The translations under genes and the position numbers were made by a program. From an uncultured Porphyromonadaceae bacterium (GTDB lineage: Bacteria > Bacteroidota > Bacteroidia > Bacteroidales > UBA12481): a stretch of 62,828 nucleotides of DNA. Shown here piece by piece: positions 1-9,187 of this stretch. The notes under the pieces were generated by a model. That model was not told the DNA's origin, did not search any database, and saw nothing but the letters and a program-made list of their open reading frames with translations. The stretch lies in the NCBI GenBank assembly GCA_964457845.1, contig CAYWHP010000003.1:19943-82770 (forward strand), read 5' to 3'. Each line of letters opens with the position of its first letter. Within the stretch, counting starts at the first letter, position 1.

Positions 1-1334
1 TACCGACCTCCTATCTGCATTTCTTTAACTCGGATTGTTGGTGAGGCGAATCCCCTGTTGTAGTCGATATCATTGCCGATCATGTCGATATTACCAAGGA
101 TATCGAAGGCATTGCCGGCGATGGTGACACCCTGCACAGGATGCCTGATTTCGCCCTTTTCAATCCAGAATCCTGCAGCGCCCCCGCTGAAATTGCCGGT
201 GACAGGGTCGATTCCGTAGCCGGTTACCTCCTTGAGCAGCAAGCCCTTGTCGGTTAATTTGATGATATCTTCAGGGGTCTGGCTGCCCGCTTCAACGATC
301 AGGTTATGTGTTCCGATACCGGGCAGGCTTGTAAACCCACTCCTCGAAGCGTTCCCTGTAGCTTTGGTTTTTGCCCTGGCAGCGGCTATCGTATTGTAAA
401 TAAATCCTCGCACAACACCCTTTTCAACAAGTACCTGTTTACCAACCGGTACGCCTTCACCGTCGAATGGGGCGCTGCCCATTCCCTTCGGTCGTGTTCC
501 GTCGTCGGTGATGGTCAGCAGCGGTGAGGCGAACGGCTTATCCATGTAATCCTTAAGGAAGCTTGCTCCCTTGCTCACGCTCTCCCCGTTGAGTGCGGCG
601 ATAACCCCGCCGAGCAGCGAACCTGCCACATCCGGATGAAAGATCACCGCGGCGCGCTGGGTAGGGATCATCATCGGATCGAGCAGCTCCCAGGCCTTGC
701 GGGAGGCTGCCACAGCGATCTCCTCCAGCGGTTTCAGATCGGCAAAAAAGCGCCGTGCGCAGGATTCACCGCCGGGATTTTTTTGCTCGCCCTTTTCGGC
801 TACCACATATACACCGATGCCACATTCAGAGGCTTTGTAATGCTTCGACAGGCCGTTTGAATTTGCGATAAAAACCTCCCCCTCCCCTTCCGACCAGCCG
901 GCGCCGGAGCTTTTGGTGATCTTCGGGTCGCTCATCGCAAGCTTTTCCAGGTCGATGGCCATCCGGATCTTCGTCTCCATCGGCACACCGGCAATGGCAG
1001 GATCATACAACCCTTCAATATCGGGCGATTCCATGCTGGCAGGAAGCTGATTGCTTTCGTCGGGTGAAGTGAGCTGCGCGAAGGCGATGGCCCGCTTCAG
1101 CGTATCTTCCAGTGCCGCTTCGTTCAGGTCGTTGCAGAAGCTGAAGCCCAGCCTGCCACCCACAATGACCCGGAAGCCGACGCCGGTTGATGAGGCCTCC
1201 TCGATGGTCTCGATTTCACCATCCTGCACCTGGATAGAAAGGTTCCGGCCTGTTTCGAGATACACCTCGGCGGCATCGGCGCCGAATTTCTTCGCTTTCC
1301 CAACCAGTGATTCTGTAAGCTTTATGTAGTCCAT
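1..1334 (-). CDS. pmbA: PmbA/TldE family protein, non-catalytic partner of TldD; stop codon cut by the window edge
   Basis: My translation from ATG at 1334 gives MDYIKLTESLVGKAKKFGADAAEVYLETGRNLSIQVQDGEIETIEEASSTGVGFRVIVGGRLGFSFCNDL... and ends ...GVTIAGNAFDILGNIDMIGNDIDYNRGFASPTIRVKEMQIGGR then TA at the edge. These are typical PmbA termini, and the gene lies directly downstream of tldD. It is absent from the ORF track because the stop is incomplete. Confidence 0.9.
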   Translation of the reverse strand, partial: MDYIKLTESLVGKAKKFGADAAEVYLETGRNLSIQVQDGEIETIEEASSTGVGFRVIVGGRLGFSFCNDLNEAALEDTLKRAIAFAQLTSPDESNQLPASMESPDIEGLYDPAIAGVPMETKIRMAIDLEKLAMSDPKITKSSGAGWSEGEGEVFIANSNGLSKHYKASECGIGVYVVAEKGEQKNPGGESCARRFFADLKPLEEIAVAASRKAWELLDPMMIPTQRAAVIFHPDVAGSLLGGVIAALNGESVSKGASFLKDYMDKPFASPLLTITDDGTRPKGMGSAPFDGEGVPVGKQVLVEKGVVRGFIYNTIAAARAKTKATGNASRSGFTSLPGIGTHNLIVEAGSQTPEDIIKLTDKGLLLKEVTGYGIDPVTGNFSGGAAGFWIEKGEIRHPVQGVTIAGNAFDILGNIDMIGNDIDYNRGFASPTIRVKEMQIGGR

Positions 1335-1362
1335 GGTAATTTCTGATTTAATTAGTTGCTTG

Positions 1363-2895
1363 TCAAACCCTTGATCCCCCAACGTTTATACCCCTGATGC
1401 GGACGGTGGGCATACCGGCATCCACTTCGGCACTCTGGCCTTTCCCGCAAATCCCCGGACCGAAATCCAGATCGGTTCCAACCGCGTCGATACCGGCAAT
1501 AACCCCAAGACAGGAGCCGATCAGTGTGGCGCCCTTTACCGGTACGGTTTTTTTACCGTTCTCAATAAGATAGGCCTCACGGCAGGTGAAATTGAACACA
1601 CCGCTCACGGCATCCACGCTGCCGCCGCTCAGGCTCTGCACATATAGCCCTTTTTTTGTTGAAGCGAGGATATCGGCCGGATCACTTTCGCCGCGATCGA
1701 TGAACGTGTTGGTCATCCGGGGGATCGGAATGTAGCGGAACGACTCGCGCCGCCCGTTGCCGGTGCGTTCCATGCCGAGTTGCCTGGCGCTGAGGATATC
1801 GTTCATATACCCTTTCAGGTATCCTTTCTCAATCAGCACATTCCGTTTTGCCGGCGTACCTTCATCATCGAAATTGATTGTTCCGCGGGCGTTGGAAATG
1901 GTACCGTCGTCGACCATGGTAAACACATCCGATGCCACTTTCTGACCGACCTTCCCGGTGAAGGCACCGATCTTTTTGGCGATGGTATCGGCTTCCAGCG
2001 GATGGCCAACGGCCTCATGCACGAGCACCCCGCCCCATCCGTTCTGCATCACCACATCCATCATGCCCGCCGGTGCATCAGTGGCATCCAGCATGGCGAT
2101 GGCCTCCCGGGCGGCGCGCTCTGCCACCATTTCGGGCGTAGAGGTGTCGAACATTTCGAATCCCATGTGCCTGCTTAGCCGTTCGCGCGCCATGTGTCTG
2201 GCCTTACCGTTGTCGCTCATCGTCTGAACAATGAAAAACATCAGCGGCAGCTCATCCTGCAGATAAACCCCTTCGCTGTTGGCGATGATCCTGCCGCGCA
2301 CCTCATCGTAATAATTCACCATGGCCATTTTGATCCGTTTATCGTAATCCATGGCGGCCTGGTCGGCCCGTTTCATGATTTCGATGCGCTTTTCATCGGC
2401 GATGTCGCCCAACGGCCGGCCAACAGTTATAAAGGACGGCATCTGTGCTTCCGTAATCGCAACCGGTGTGATTTTGGCGCCGCTTTGAGCCACATAGGAG
2501 GCCACTTCGGCAGCACGCATCAGCTTCTCCTCGGTTATCTCCTCGGTGTAGGCATATCCCGTTTTATTGCCGGATAATACTCGCACGCCGGCGCCCTGAC
2601 TGATCCCGTAGAGGCCGCTCTTGAACATCGACTGTTCCATCACGATCTGGCGGGAGGCACGGTTCTCGACATACACTTCGGCGAAGTCCCCGCCTTTGGC
2701 GAGCGCCCGGGCAATCACCCGGTTCAGAAGTGCCTTGTCGATGACATTTGCCGATGCAGGCGCTGCCCCCGGCGAACAGGACGTAAGAAACTGGCTGAGC
2801 AAGGGGGAAGTTGCCGCGAGGACCATCCCGCCCTTGATGCTCATTTCGAGGAATTTCCGGCGCGGTATGTCGCGCACCTGGTATTTGGGTGTCAT
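1363..2895 (-). CDS. tldD: TldD metalloprotease with an N-terminal Tat/lipoprotein-like leader
   Basis: HExxxH motif (LVHEAVGH), DDEG motif, PIPRMTNT, and C-terminal GICGKGQ. The N-terminus has PRRKFL followed by a hydrophobic stretch ending in LTSC. Confidence 0.93.
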   Translation of the reverse strand: MTPKYQVRDIPRRKFLEMSIKGGMVLAATSPLLSQFLTSCSPGAAPASANVIDKALLNRVIARALAKGGDFAEVYVENRASRQIVMEQSMFKSGLYGISQGAGVRVLSGNKTGYAYTEEITEEKLMRAAEVASYVAQSGAKITPVAITEAQMPSFITVGRPLGDIADEKRIEIMKRADQAAMDYDKRIKMAMVNYYDEVRGRIIANSEGVYLQDELPLMFFIVQTMSDNGKARHMARERLSRHMGFEMFDTSTPEMVAERAAREAIAMLDATDAPAGMMDVVMQNGWGGVLVHEAVGHPLEADTIAKKIGAFTGKVGQKVASDVFTMVDDGTISNARGTINFDDEGTPAKRNVLIEKGYLKGYMNDILSARQLGMERTGNGRRESFRYIPIPRMTNTFIDRGESDPADILASTKKGLYVQSLSGGSVDAVSGVFNFTCREAYLIENGKKTVPVKGATLIGSCLGVIAGIDAVGTDLDFGPGICGKGQSAEVDAGMPTVRIRGINVGGSRV

Positions 2896-2940
2896 AGTTG
2901 GGTTGCTTTATGGTTCTAAATTAATAAGAATCTTGAAAAG

Positions 2941-3110
2941 TGACGAGTGACGCGGGGGAATCGTGACGCGTGATGCGTGACGCGGGGGAATCGTGACGCG
3001 TGACGCGTGACGCGGGGGAATCGTGACACGTGACGCGTGACGCGGGGGAATCGTGACACGTGACGCGTGACGCGTGACGCGGGGGAATCGTGACGCGTGA
3101 TGCGCGATGC
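2941..3110. repeat. Tandem array of five ~30-bp units built from TGAC(G/A)CG heptamers
   Basis: Units of TGACGCGGGGGAATCGTGAC(G/A)CGTGA(C/T)GCG start at 2948, 2978, 3008, 3038 and 3075, with one extra heptamer at 3068-3074. There are no unique spacers. Confidence 0.95.
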
Positions 3111-3124
3111 GTCGTTGCACCGCT

Positions 3125-3148
3125 GTCATCCCCGCGCAGGCGGGGATC
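3125..3148 (+). repeat. REP-like palindromic hairpin (GTCATCCC type)
   Basis: GTCATCCCCGCGCAGGCGGGGATC: stem ATCCCCGC/GCGGGGAT with a 4-nt loop. Related to the copies at 48527 and 49253-49344. Confidence 0.8.
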
Positions 3149-3222
3149 GCTACCCTTGCACGAACTGCCGGCAAAGCGTTATTTTTCCTATTTTTAGGAA
3201 CGCTGAACCAATACCATTTCCG

Positions 3223-6120
3223 ATGCCAAAAAGAACTCTCATCGCAATCGCCTTATTATCAATCATTTTTACCAACACTCAATCGCAGGATATCCAGGGA
3301 TTCCGGGTACCCGACCTGACGCCGGTACCGCTGAAGGTTGCCGGAGTTGAAAAACCCGTGCAATCGCTGAACGGCGAGTGGACCTTCAGGATTAAGGATA
3401 AGGGAGGCGCCGAGCGCCCCATTCTGGTACCCGGCGAATGGGAGATGCAGGGGTTTTCCGTTACTGAAGGGGAGACGGCCGTTTACACCCGCCGGCTAGC
3501 GATACCTGCCGACTGGAAGGGAAAACCGGTATATGTGCGGTTCGATGCGGTGAGTTCGCACGCACGTGTTCTGGTAAATGGCAGGGAGGTGGCGCAGCAT
3601 GAAGGGAGTTTTGCACCCTTCAGCACCGAGATCGGCGGTGCGCTGAACTTCGCGGATGACCTGCTGGAGGTTGAGGTACAGGCACTCACCATCAGCGACC
3701 GGCTGGCCTGCACGTCGCAGTATGCCTGCCATACGGTTGGCGGAATACTGAGGAAGGTTACCCTGTTTACCACCCCACCGGTTCACCTGTCGGAAATCGT
3801 TATGAATACGAAGTTCGACAAGGCTTTCCGCGACGGGGTGCTTACGGTGACATCGGCAATTGTCAATCCGCCGGGCGTTAAAGCAGAAATACGGTATAGC
3901 CTTGTCGATGCAACCGGCAAGGAAATCAAATCCGCAGCCGTAAACGTTAATCCCGCCAAGCCGGAAGGCCGTGCAACAGCGACGGTTCCGGTTAAACGGC
4001 CGGAACAATGGAATCCTGAGCACCCCTATCTGTATACATTACTAACCCGAATCCTGATGGACGGAAAGGTTATCGGTTCGTACACCAATAAGGTCGGATT
4101 CCGGCAGGTGGACATCCGTGGCAACATACTGATGGTCAACGGAAAGCCGGTGAAACTGCACGGCGTGAACCGCCACTCGGTGTACCCGCTCACCGGGAGG
4201 AGTATAAGCCCGGAGCTCGACAGGCGGGATGCCGAACTGTTTCGGGAGGGCAATTGCAACTACATCCGTACGTCGCACTACCCGCCGTCGGAAGAGTTAC
4301 TCGACGCCGCCGATGAGCTTGGTCTTTTTGTTGAGAGCGAGGCATCGCTGTGCTGGATCCAGCACGGCGCGGCGCCGATATGGAAACTATGGAACTATCT
4401 GGATGACAAATACCTGCCCTATATGGTGCGGGCAAACATGGACAATATCCTTAACGGCCGGAATCACCCGTCGGTGATCATCTGGTCGCTGGGAAACGAG
4501 AGCCGCTGGAGCCCGCTTTGGGCAAAGGTTCTCGAAACGGTCAGGGCGCTCGACCCATCGCGGCCCACCACCTTCCACGACCAATGCTGGGGCGGGTACA
4601 ATAACGCCTGGAGCACGGCCGACATAGCGGTTTATCACTATCCCGGCCTGAACGGACCGGCAGCAGCGGATACCGGCAAACGTCCGGTGCTTTTCGGCGA
4701 ATATGCTCACCTCTCCTGCTACAACCGCCGTGAACTGCTCACCGATCCCGGCATCCGGAGCGCGTACGGACCTCCCCTGGTGCAGTTCTATGACAGCATC
4801 TACTATTATGGCGGTTGCCTTGGAGCAGCCATCTGGAGCGGGGTCGACGACATCTTTCATATGCCAGACGGCCAGATCGTGGGATATGGTCCGTGGGGCC
4901 CGGTTGACGGGTGGCGGCGGCAAAAACCCGAATGGTGGGGAATGAAAAAGGCGTACTCACCGGTAAGGGTGCTCTCAGCCGATTTTTCCGGCAAAAGTAT
5001 GGGCTATATCACGCTTACCGTTGAAAACCGATACGATTTTACCTCACTGAGCGAGATCAGGATTACCGCCGAATCAAACAGCATGAAGCTTCCTGTGGAG
5101 GCCTCGGTTCCGCCTCACGGAAAGGGTACCATACAGATTCCGGTGGAACCGGTGGCACCTGAAGTTCTGGTCACCTTTCATGATCCCCGGGGGTTTGCCG
5201 CGGCCGAAGAACGCTATAGGTTTGATGGTGAAACAGGCGTCGGGGTGGTAAAAACCGAATTGTCCATGTCCGAGAACGAGTCGGCGGTTTTTGTCAGGCA
5301 AGGTGAAATCATGTACACGGTAAGCAAACTCACCGGCATTATAACCAGCGCTTCAAAAGCCGGAAAACCCATGCTTACCCGCGGCCCGGTGTTCTGCCTG
5401 GTGCCCATGAACAGCGACAACGGCGGGAAACCAAACGTTGCCGGAGAAACCTATCAGAATAACATTTACCCGCTCAAAAATTATCCGTTGTACACCCTTT
5501 ATGCCTCCAGGATGGCAACCACACGCAGTGAGGAGGGCATCTCCATCGATATGGATCTCAGCTATACCGACGGAAAGGGCAGGCAAAGCTACCTGTTTAC
5601 GCCCGACGGCAGGCTGATTGCCGGATACGAAGTGCAATACAGCGGAGCCGACTCGGTTCCCTACCAATACGGATTTCTGCTGGAGCTGCCTGCCGCGATG
5701 GAGCGTCTCACCTGGAAGCGAAACGGAGAGTTCAGCATCTATCCTGCTAACGACATTGGCAGGACCGAGGGCACAACATTGCTGAACGCACGCCATATGG
5801 CCGGGGTGGAAGTACCGGGCGAAAAACCCGCAGGCGACTGGAAGGACGATGCCAATGATCTGGGAAGCAATGACTTCAGGTCAACCAAACGATTTATAGT
5901 TCATGCATCGCTCAACGACCGGGAGGGGAATTCCGTAACGGTTACCTCCAACGGACAGCAGCACTCCCGGAGTTGGTTCCAGGATGGGCATATCCAGTGG
6001 CTGATTGCCGATTACACCAACAACGGAAGCGAACCGTTTTATGGCACGCCCCATACCGACGGAAGGATCAGAACCGGCGGCCGGAAACTGTCGGGGAAGG
6101 TCGTTTTACATTTGCGCTGA
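3223..6120 (+). CDS. Glycoside hydrolase family 2 (beta-galactosidase-like), secreted
   Basis: GH2 motifs GVNRH, RTSHYP, WSLGNES (acid/base) and FGEYAH (nucleophile). Start reassigned to MPKRTLIAIALL (signal peptide); the ORF-track extension from 3097 runs through repeat sequence. Confidence 0.9.
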   Translation: MPKRTLIAIALLSIIFTNTQSQDIQGFRVPDLTPVPLKVAGVEKPVQSLNGEWTFRIKDKGGAERPILVPGEWEMQGFSVTEGETAVYTRRLAIPADWKGKPVYVRFDAVSSHARVLVNGREVAQHEGSFAPFSTEIGGALNFADDLLEVEVQALTISDRLACTSQYACHTVGGILRKVTLFTTPPVHLSEIVMNTKFDKAFRDGVLTVTSAIVNPPGVKAEIRYSLVDATGKEIKSAAVNVNPAKPEGRATATVPVKRPEQWNPEHPYLYTLLTRILMDGKVIGSYTNKVGFRQVDIRGNILMVNGKPVKLHGVNRHSVYPLTGRSISPELDRRDAELFREGNCNYIRTSHYPPSEELLDAADELGLFVESEASLCWIQHGAAPIWKLWNYLDDKYLPYMVRANMDNILNGRNHPSVIIWSLGNESRWSPLWAKVLETVRALDPSRPTTFHDQCWGGYNNAWSTADIAVYHYPGLNGPAAADTGKRPVLFGEYAHLSCYNRRELLTDPGIRSAYGPPLVQFYDSIYYYGGCLGAAIWSGVDDIFHMPDGQIVGYGPWGPVDGWRRQKPEWWGMKKAYSPVRVLSADFSGKSMGYITLTVENRYDFTSLSEIRITAESNSMKLPVEASVPPHGKGTIQIPVEPVAPEVLVTFHDPRGFAAAEERYRFDGETGVGVVKTELSMSENESAVFVRQGEIMYTVSKLTGIITSASKAGKPMLTRGPVFCLVPMNSDNGGKPNVAGETYQNNIYPLKNYPLYTLYASRMATTRSEEGISIDMDLSYTDGKGRQSYLFTPDGRLIAGYEVQYSGADSVPYQYGFLLELPAAMERLTWKRNGEFSIYPANDIGRTEGTTLLNARHMAGVEVPGEKPAGDWKDDANDLGSNDFRSTKRFIVHASLNDREGNSVTVTSNGQQHSRSWFQDGHIQWLIADYTNNGSEPFYGTPHTDGRIRTGGRKLSGKVVLHLR

Positions 6121-6174
6121 GCCTGATCGGTTTATCAGCAGCGGAAATCCGGGCAAATTTAATAGGCTTGCAGA

Positions 6175-6279
6175 ATGGCAGAGTGGTTGCAGTTTTTTCG
6201 ATTGCGCAGCATAATGATCGACAGTGAACCCGGAAAAGGAAGCACCTTTACACTGGTTCTGCCGGCTCTTCACGCCTGA
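6175..6279 (+). pseudogene. Remnant of a sensor histidine kinase C-terminus (HATPase_c G2 box)
   Basis: 6211-6279 translates as IMIDSEPGKGSTFTLVLPALHA*, matching the usual last strands of HATPase_c domains. No other kinase sequence lies upstream. Confidence 0.6.
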
Positions 6280-6309
6280 GCCAATCCCGCAAAATGATCG
6301 CCGTCAGAA

Positions 6310-7854
6310 TCAGAGTTCGAGCACCACAACGGATTTTGAGGGCATGGTTACCAGGAATGTTCCGTCGGTGGTCTTCTTATAACCCTTAAAATCAATCGGT
6401 TTAACAACATTTGGCTTGTCAAATGAGTTGAATGAGTTATACTCCGGTGCCGTGAGTACCGAGGCGGTTTTCACATTCCCGAAGTTTTTGCCGGCAAGCT
6501 GCACGGTCAGGGATATCTCTTTGTCGGGATTCAGGTTGGTGAGTGTTATATGAATTTTTCCGTCTTTATCCTCTGAAACCGAGCTGGTGAGTGCGGGGAT
6601 CTTCTTTCCGTCCATTTCGTAATCTTCGCAGATCAGGTAGCCCGGCAGCAGCTTTGCATCCTGGTGCACCGAAAACATTTTGAAAACATGATAAGTCGGG
6701 GTAAGCACCATCCGGTCACCTTCGGTGAGTATAACCGCCTGCAGGACATTGATTGTCTGGGCAATATTGGCCATCTTCACCCGATCGGCATGGGTGTTGA
6801 AAATATTCAAGGTAAGTGCGGCGATCAGGGCATCGCGGATGGAATTCTGCTGAAACAGAAACCCCTCATTTGTGCCGGGCTCCACATCTGTCCATATTCC
6901 CCACTCATCAACCATAAGGCCTACCTGCTTGCGCGGGTCATATTTGTCCATGATGTCGGAGTGCTTCTCAACCAGCTCATTGATTTTCAGCGCCTTTTCA
7001 AGTCCCGAGAAATAATATTTCTTCTCGAATCCGGTAGCCGGGGATTTATCCCCCCAGCTGGCGCCGGCGATGGTGTAATAGTGCAGTGAAAGACCGCTCA
7101 TGGCTCCCGGGCGCTGTTTCATCACCACATCGGTCCAGTTGTAATCGGCACCATTAGCGCCACAGCCAATCTGCTGCAGCTTCCACTGACCATAGATCCC
7201 TGCCATTTCGGAATAGTTGCGGAGCAGGTTCACATAGTAGTCGGGGGTCATTGATCCCCCGCATCCCCAGCTTTCGTTACCGATGCCGAAAAACTTGACG
7301 TTCCATGGCTTCTCCCTACCGTTCTGGCGGCGAAGATTGGCCATCGGAACATCCTTGTCGGAATTCATGTATTCGATCCATTTGGTCATCTCCACCACGG
7401 ATCCGCTGCCGACGTTTGCCGAAATATAGGGTTCGCAGCCCAGCATCTCGCAAAGGTTCAGAAACTCATGGGTGCCGAAGGTGTTGTCCTCCACCACACC
7501 GCCCCAGTGGTAATTCATCATTTTCGGACGCTGACTCACCGGCCCGATACCATCCATCCAGTGGTAAGTATCCGCAAAACAGCCGCCTGGCCATCTCAGA
7601 ACAGGGATTTTCATCTCCTTGAGCGCATTCACGATATCGGTCCGGTAACCGTTGATATTGGGGATCTTCGAATCGGGCCCCACCCAGATGCCGTCATAAA
7701 TGCAGCGGCCAAGATGTTCTGCGAAGTGACCGTAGATGTGCTTGCTGATCTGAGCGGTGCCCTTCGAGGCATCAATGGTGAGCTTGTTGTTGTCCTGGGC
7801 AATCAGCCCGGCGGCCAGGCAGATGGCCAAAGCGGAAAGGAGGATGCGTTTCAT
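6310..7854 (-). CDS. abfA: GH51 alpha-L-arabinofuranosidase, secreted
   Basis: YGHFAEHLGRCIYDGIW, RWPGGCFAD, GNESWGCGG (acid/base), DEWG (nucleophile), MANIAQTINVLQ; signal peptide. Confidence 0.93.
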   Translation of the reverse strand: MKRILLSALAICLAAGLIAQDNNKLTIDASKGTAQISKHIYGHFAEHLGRCIYDGIWVGPDSKIPNINGYRTDIVNALKEMKIPVLRWPGGCFADTYHWMDGIGPVSQRPKMMNYHWGGVVEDNTFGTHEFLNLCEMLGCEPYISANVGSGSVVEMTKWIEYMNSDKDVPMANLRRQNGREKPWNVKFFGIGNESWGCGGSMTPDYYVNLLRNYSEMAGIYGQWKLQQIGCGANGADYNWTDVVMKQRPGAMSGLSLHYYTIAGASWGDKSPATGFEKKYYFSGLEKALKINELVEKHSDIMDKYDPRKQVGLMVDEWGIWTDVEPGTNEGFLFQQNSIRDALIAALTLNIFNTHADRVKMANIAQTINVLQAVILTEGDRMVLTPTYHVFKMFSVHQDAKLLPGYLICEDYEMDGKKIPALTSSVSEDKDGKIHITLTNLNPDKEISLTVQLAGKNFGNVKTASVLTAPEYNSFNSFDKPNVVKPIDFKGYKKTTDGTFLVTMPSKSVVVLEL

Positions 7855-7886
7855 GGTTTGTTAATTAGTGTATGGAATACATTTAT

Positions 7887-7894
7887 CAAAGATA
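7887..7894 (-). promoter_or_regulatory. Bacteroidota -7 promoter element for the GH51 gene
   Basis: TATCTTTG on the minus strand, ~33 bp upstream of the ATG at 7854; matches TAnnTTTG. Confidence 0.55.
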
Positions 7895-7904
7895 ATGATT
7901 CCTT

Positions 7905-9086
7905 TCACCCTTCACCCAGGTTCTTCTGGTAATGTGGCAAACTAACCAGCAGAAAAAAAAGCAGTCCGGCCAGCGTAAGAATGGCGCCTGCCATATAGGT
8001 GCGGGAGAGCCCGATCGGTGCGGCCAGCATGCCGGTCACCACCGAACCAATGCCTATTCCGAGATCGAGGCCGGTAAGAAAGGTTGAATTTGCGGCACCG
8101 CGCCTTTCGGGTGTCACAAGGTTGTTGGCCATGGTCTGCAAGGTTGGAAAGAGGATGCCGAAGCCGGTTCCGATAAGGAAACCCGAAGCCAGCAGCGTAA
8201 GGACAACCGGCGCCTGCGAGAGGATGAGAAGCCCGGCGGATACCGACAGGATCGACAGAACCGAGATCCATGTGGGGCCATACCGGTCAAACAGGTGCCC
8301 CGAAAAAACCCGGGTGAGTGCAGTACCGATGGCCATTACGGTAAAGAACCATCCCGTTTCGCTGCTGAGATTATTCTCCCTGGCATACAGGGTTATGAAA
8401 GTAATAACCCCGCCATAGGCGGCTGCAATAATCAGGATATTAACAGACACCGGTAAAGCAGGCTTGGAAATGAGCATTTTCAAACTGAACTTCGTGTTTT
8501 GGGGCGGATAAAACCTGGGGTAGCGGATCAGTGCCGCCAGCAGGATACCCGCAATGGATACCAGCCCAGCCGTAAGGAAAAGGTTGGTAAAATGATCGTT
8601 ACCCATCACATTAAGGCCGATCAGCGGCCCTATCGACATGCCCACAGTGAACGAAAGGCCAAAATAGCTGATCCCCCTGCCCCGCTTCTCATAGGGGACC
8701 AGATCAACAACCAGCGTAAAGCCGGCGGTGGTGGCCGCTCCCCAGTTGAGGCCCTGCATGAACCGCAGCAGAATTAGCGGTGCAACAGCCACGGCGAATG
8801 GATAAAGGAAAAACAACATCGAAAATACCATGACGGAGAAGAGAAATATCATTTTCCGGCCAAACGAATCCAGCAGATAACCCGATACCGGTCGAACCAG
8901 AAGCGCCGCAAGGGTGTAGGTCCCTATAATGATACCCACCTGCCGCTTGCTCGAATGCAAAACCTCCTGCAAATAAACCGGTAAGGTCGGCATCAGGATA
9001 TAAAACGCCGTCGACATCAGGAATACTGACAGGGTGAGGTTTATGAAATTGCGAGAAAACAGGATGGAACCGTGTGGCTGGGGCAT
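7905..9086 (-). CDS. MFS transporter
   Basis: About 12 hydrophobic segments; motif A-like GYLLDSFGRK and GHLFDRYGP; EKRGRGISYF and ERRGAANSTF loops. Confidence 0.92.
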   Translation of the reverse strand: MPQPHGSILFSRNFINLTLSVFLMSTAFYILMPTLPVYLQEVLHSSKRQVGIIIGTYTLAALLVRPVSGYLLDSFGRKMIFLFSVMVFSMLFFLYPFAVAVAPLILLRFMQGLNWGAATTAGFTLVVDLVPYEKRGRGISYFGLSFTVGMSIGPLIGLNVMGNDHFTNLFLTAGLVSIAGILLAALIRYPRFYPPQNTKFSLKMLISKPALPVSVNILIIAAAYGGVITFITLYARENNLSSETGWFFTVMAIGTALTRVFSGHLFDRYGPTWISVLSILSVSAGLLILSQAPVVLTLLASGFLIGTGFGILFPTLQTMANNLVTPERRGAANSTFLTGLDLGIGIGSVVTGMLAAPIGLSRTYMAGAILTLAGLLFFLLVSLPHYQKNLGEG

Positions 9087-9187
9087 GGATTTTAGGTACC
9101 TTTTTCTTTTCTAATTTGAACAAATAGCCTGACACCTGCAAAGAAATGGCTAATTTTGATATTTAAGGACATAAAAAATCTCCCGTT

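Noticed and set aside
2941-3110. CRISPR array
   Set aside because: The units are contiguous with no unique spacers, are built from heptamers found elsewhere, and no cas genes are present.
2908-3319. ORFs 2908-3174 (-), 3107-3319 (+) and the 42-aa N-terminal extension of GH2 from 3097
   Set aside because: These are translations of repeat DNA (RHASRVTIPP, VIPAQAGI). A proper signal peptide starts at 3223.
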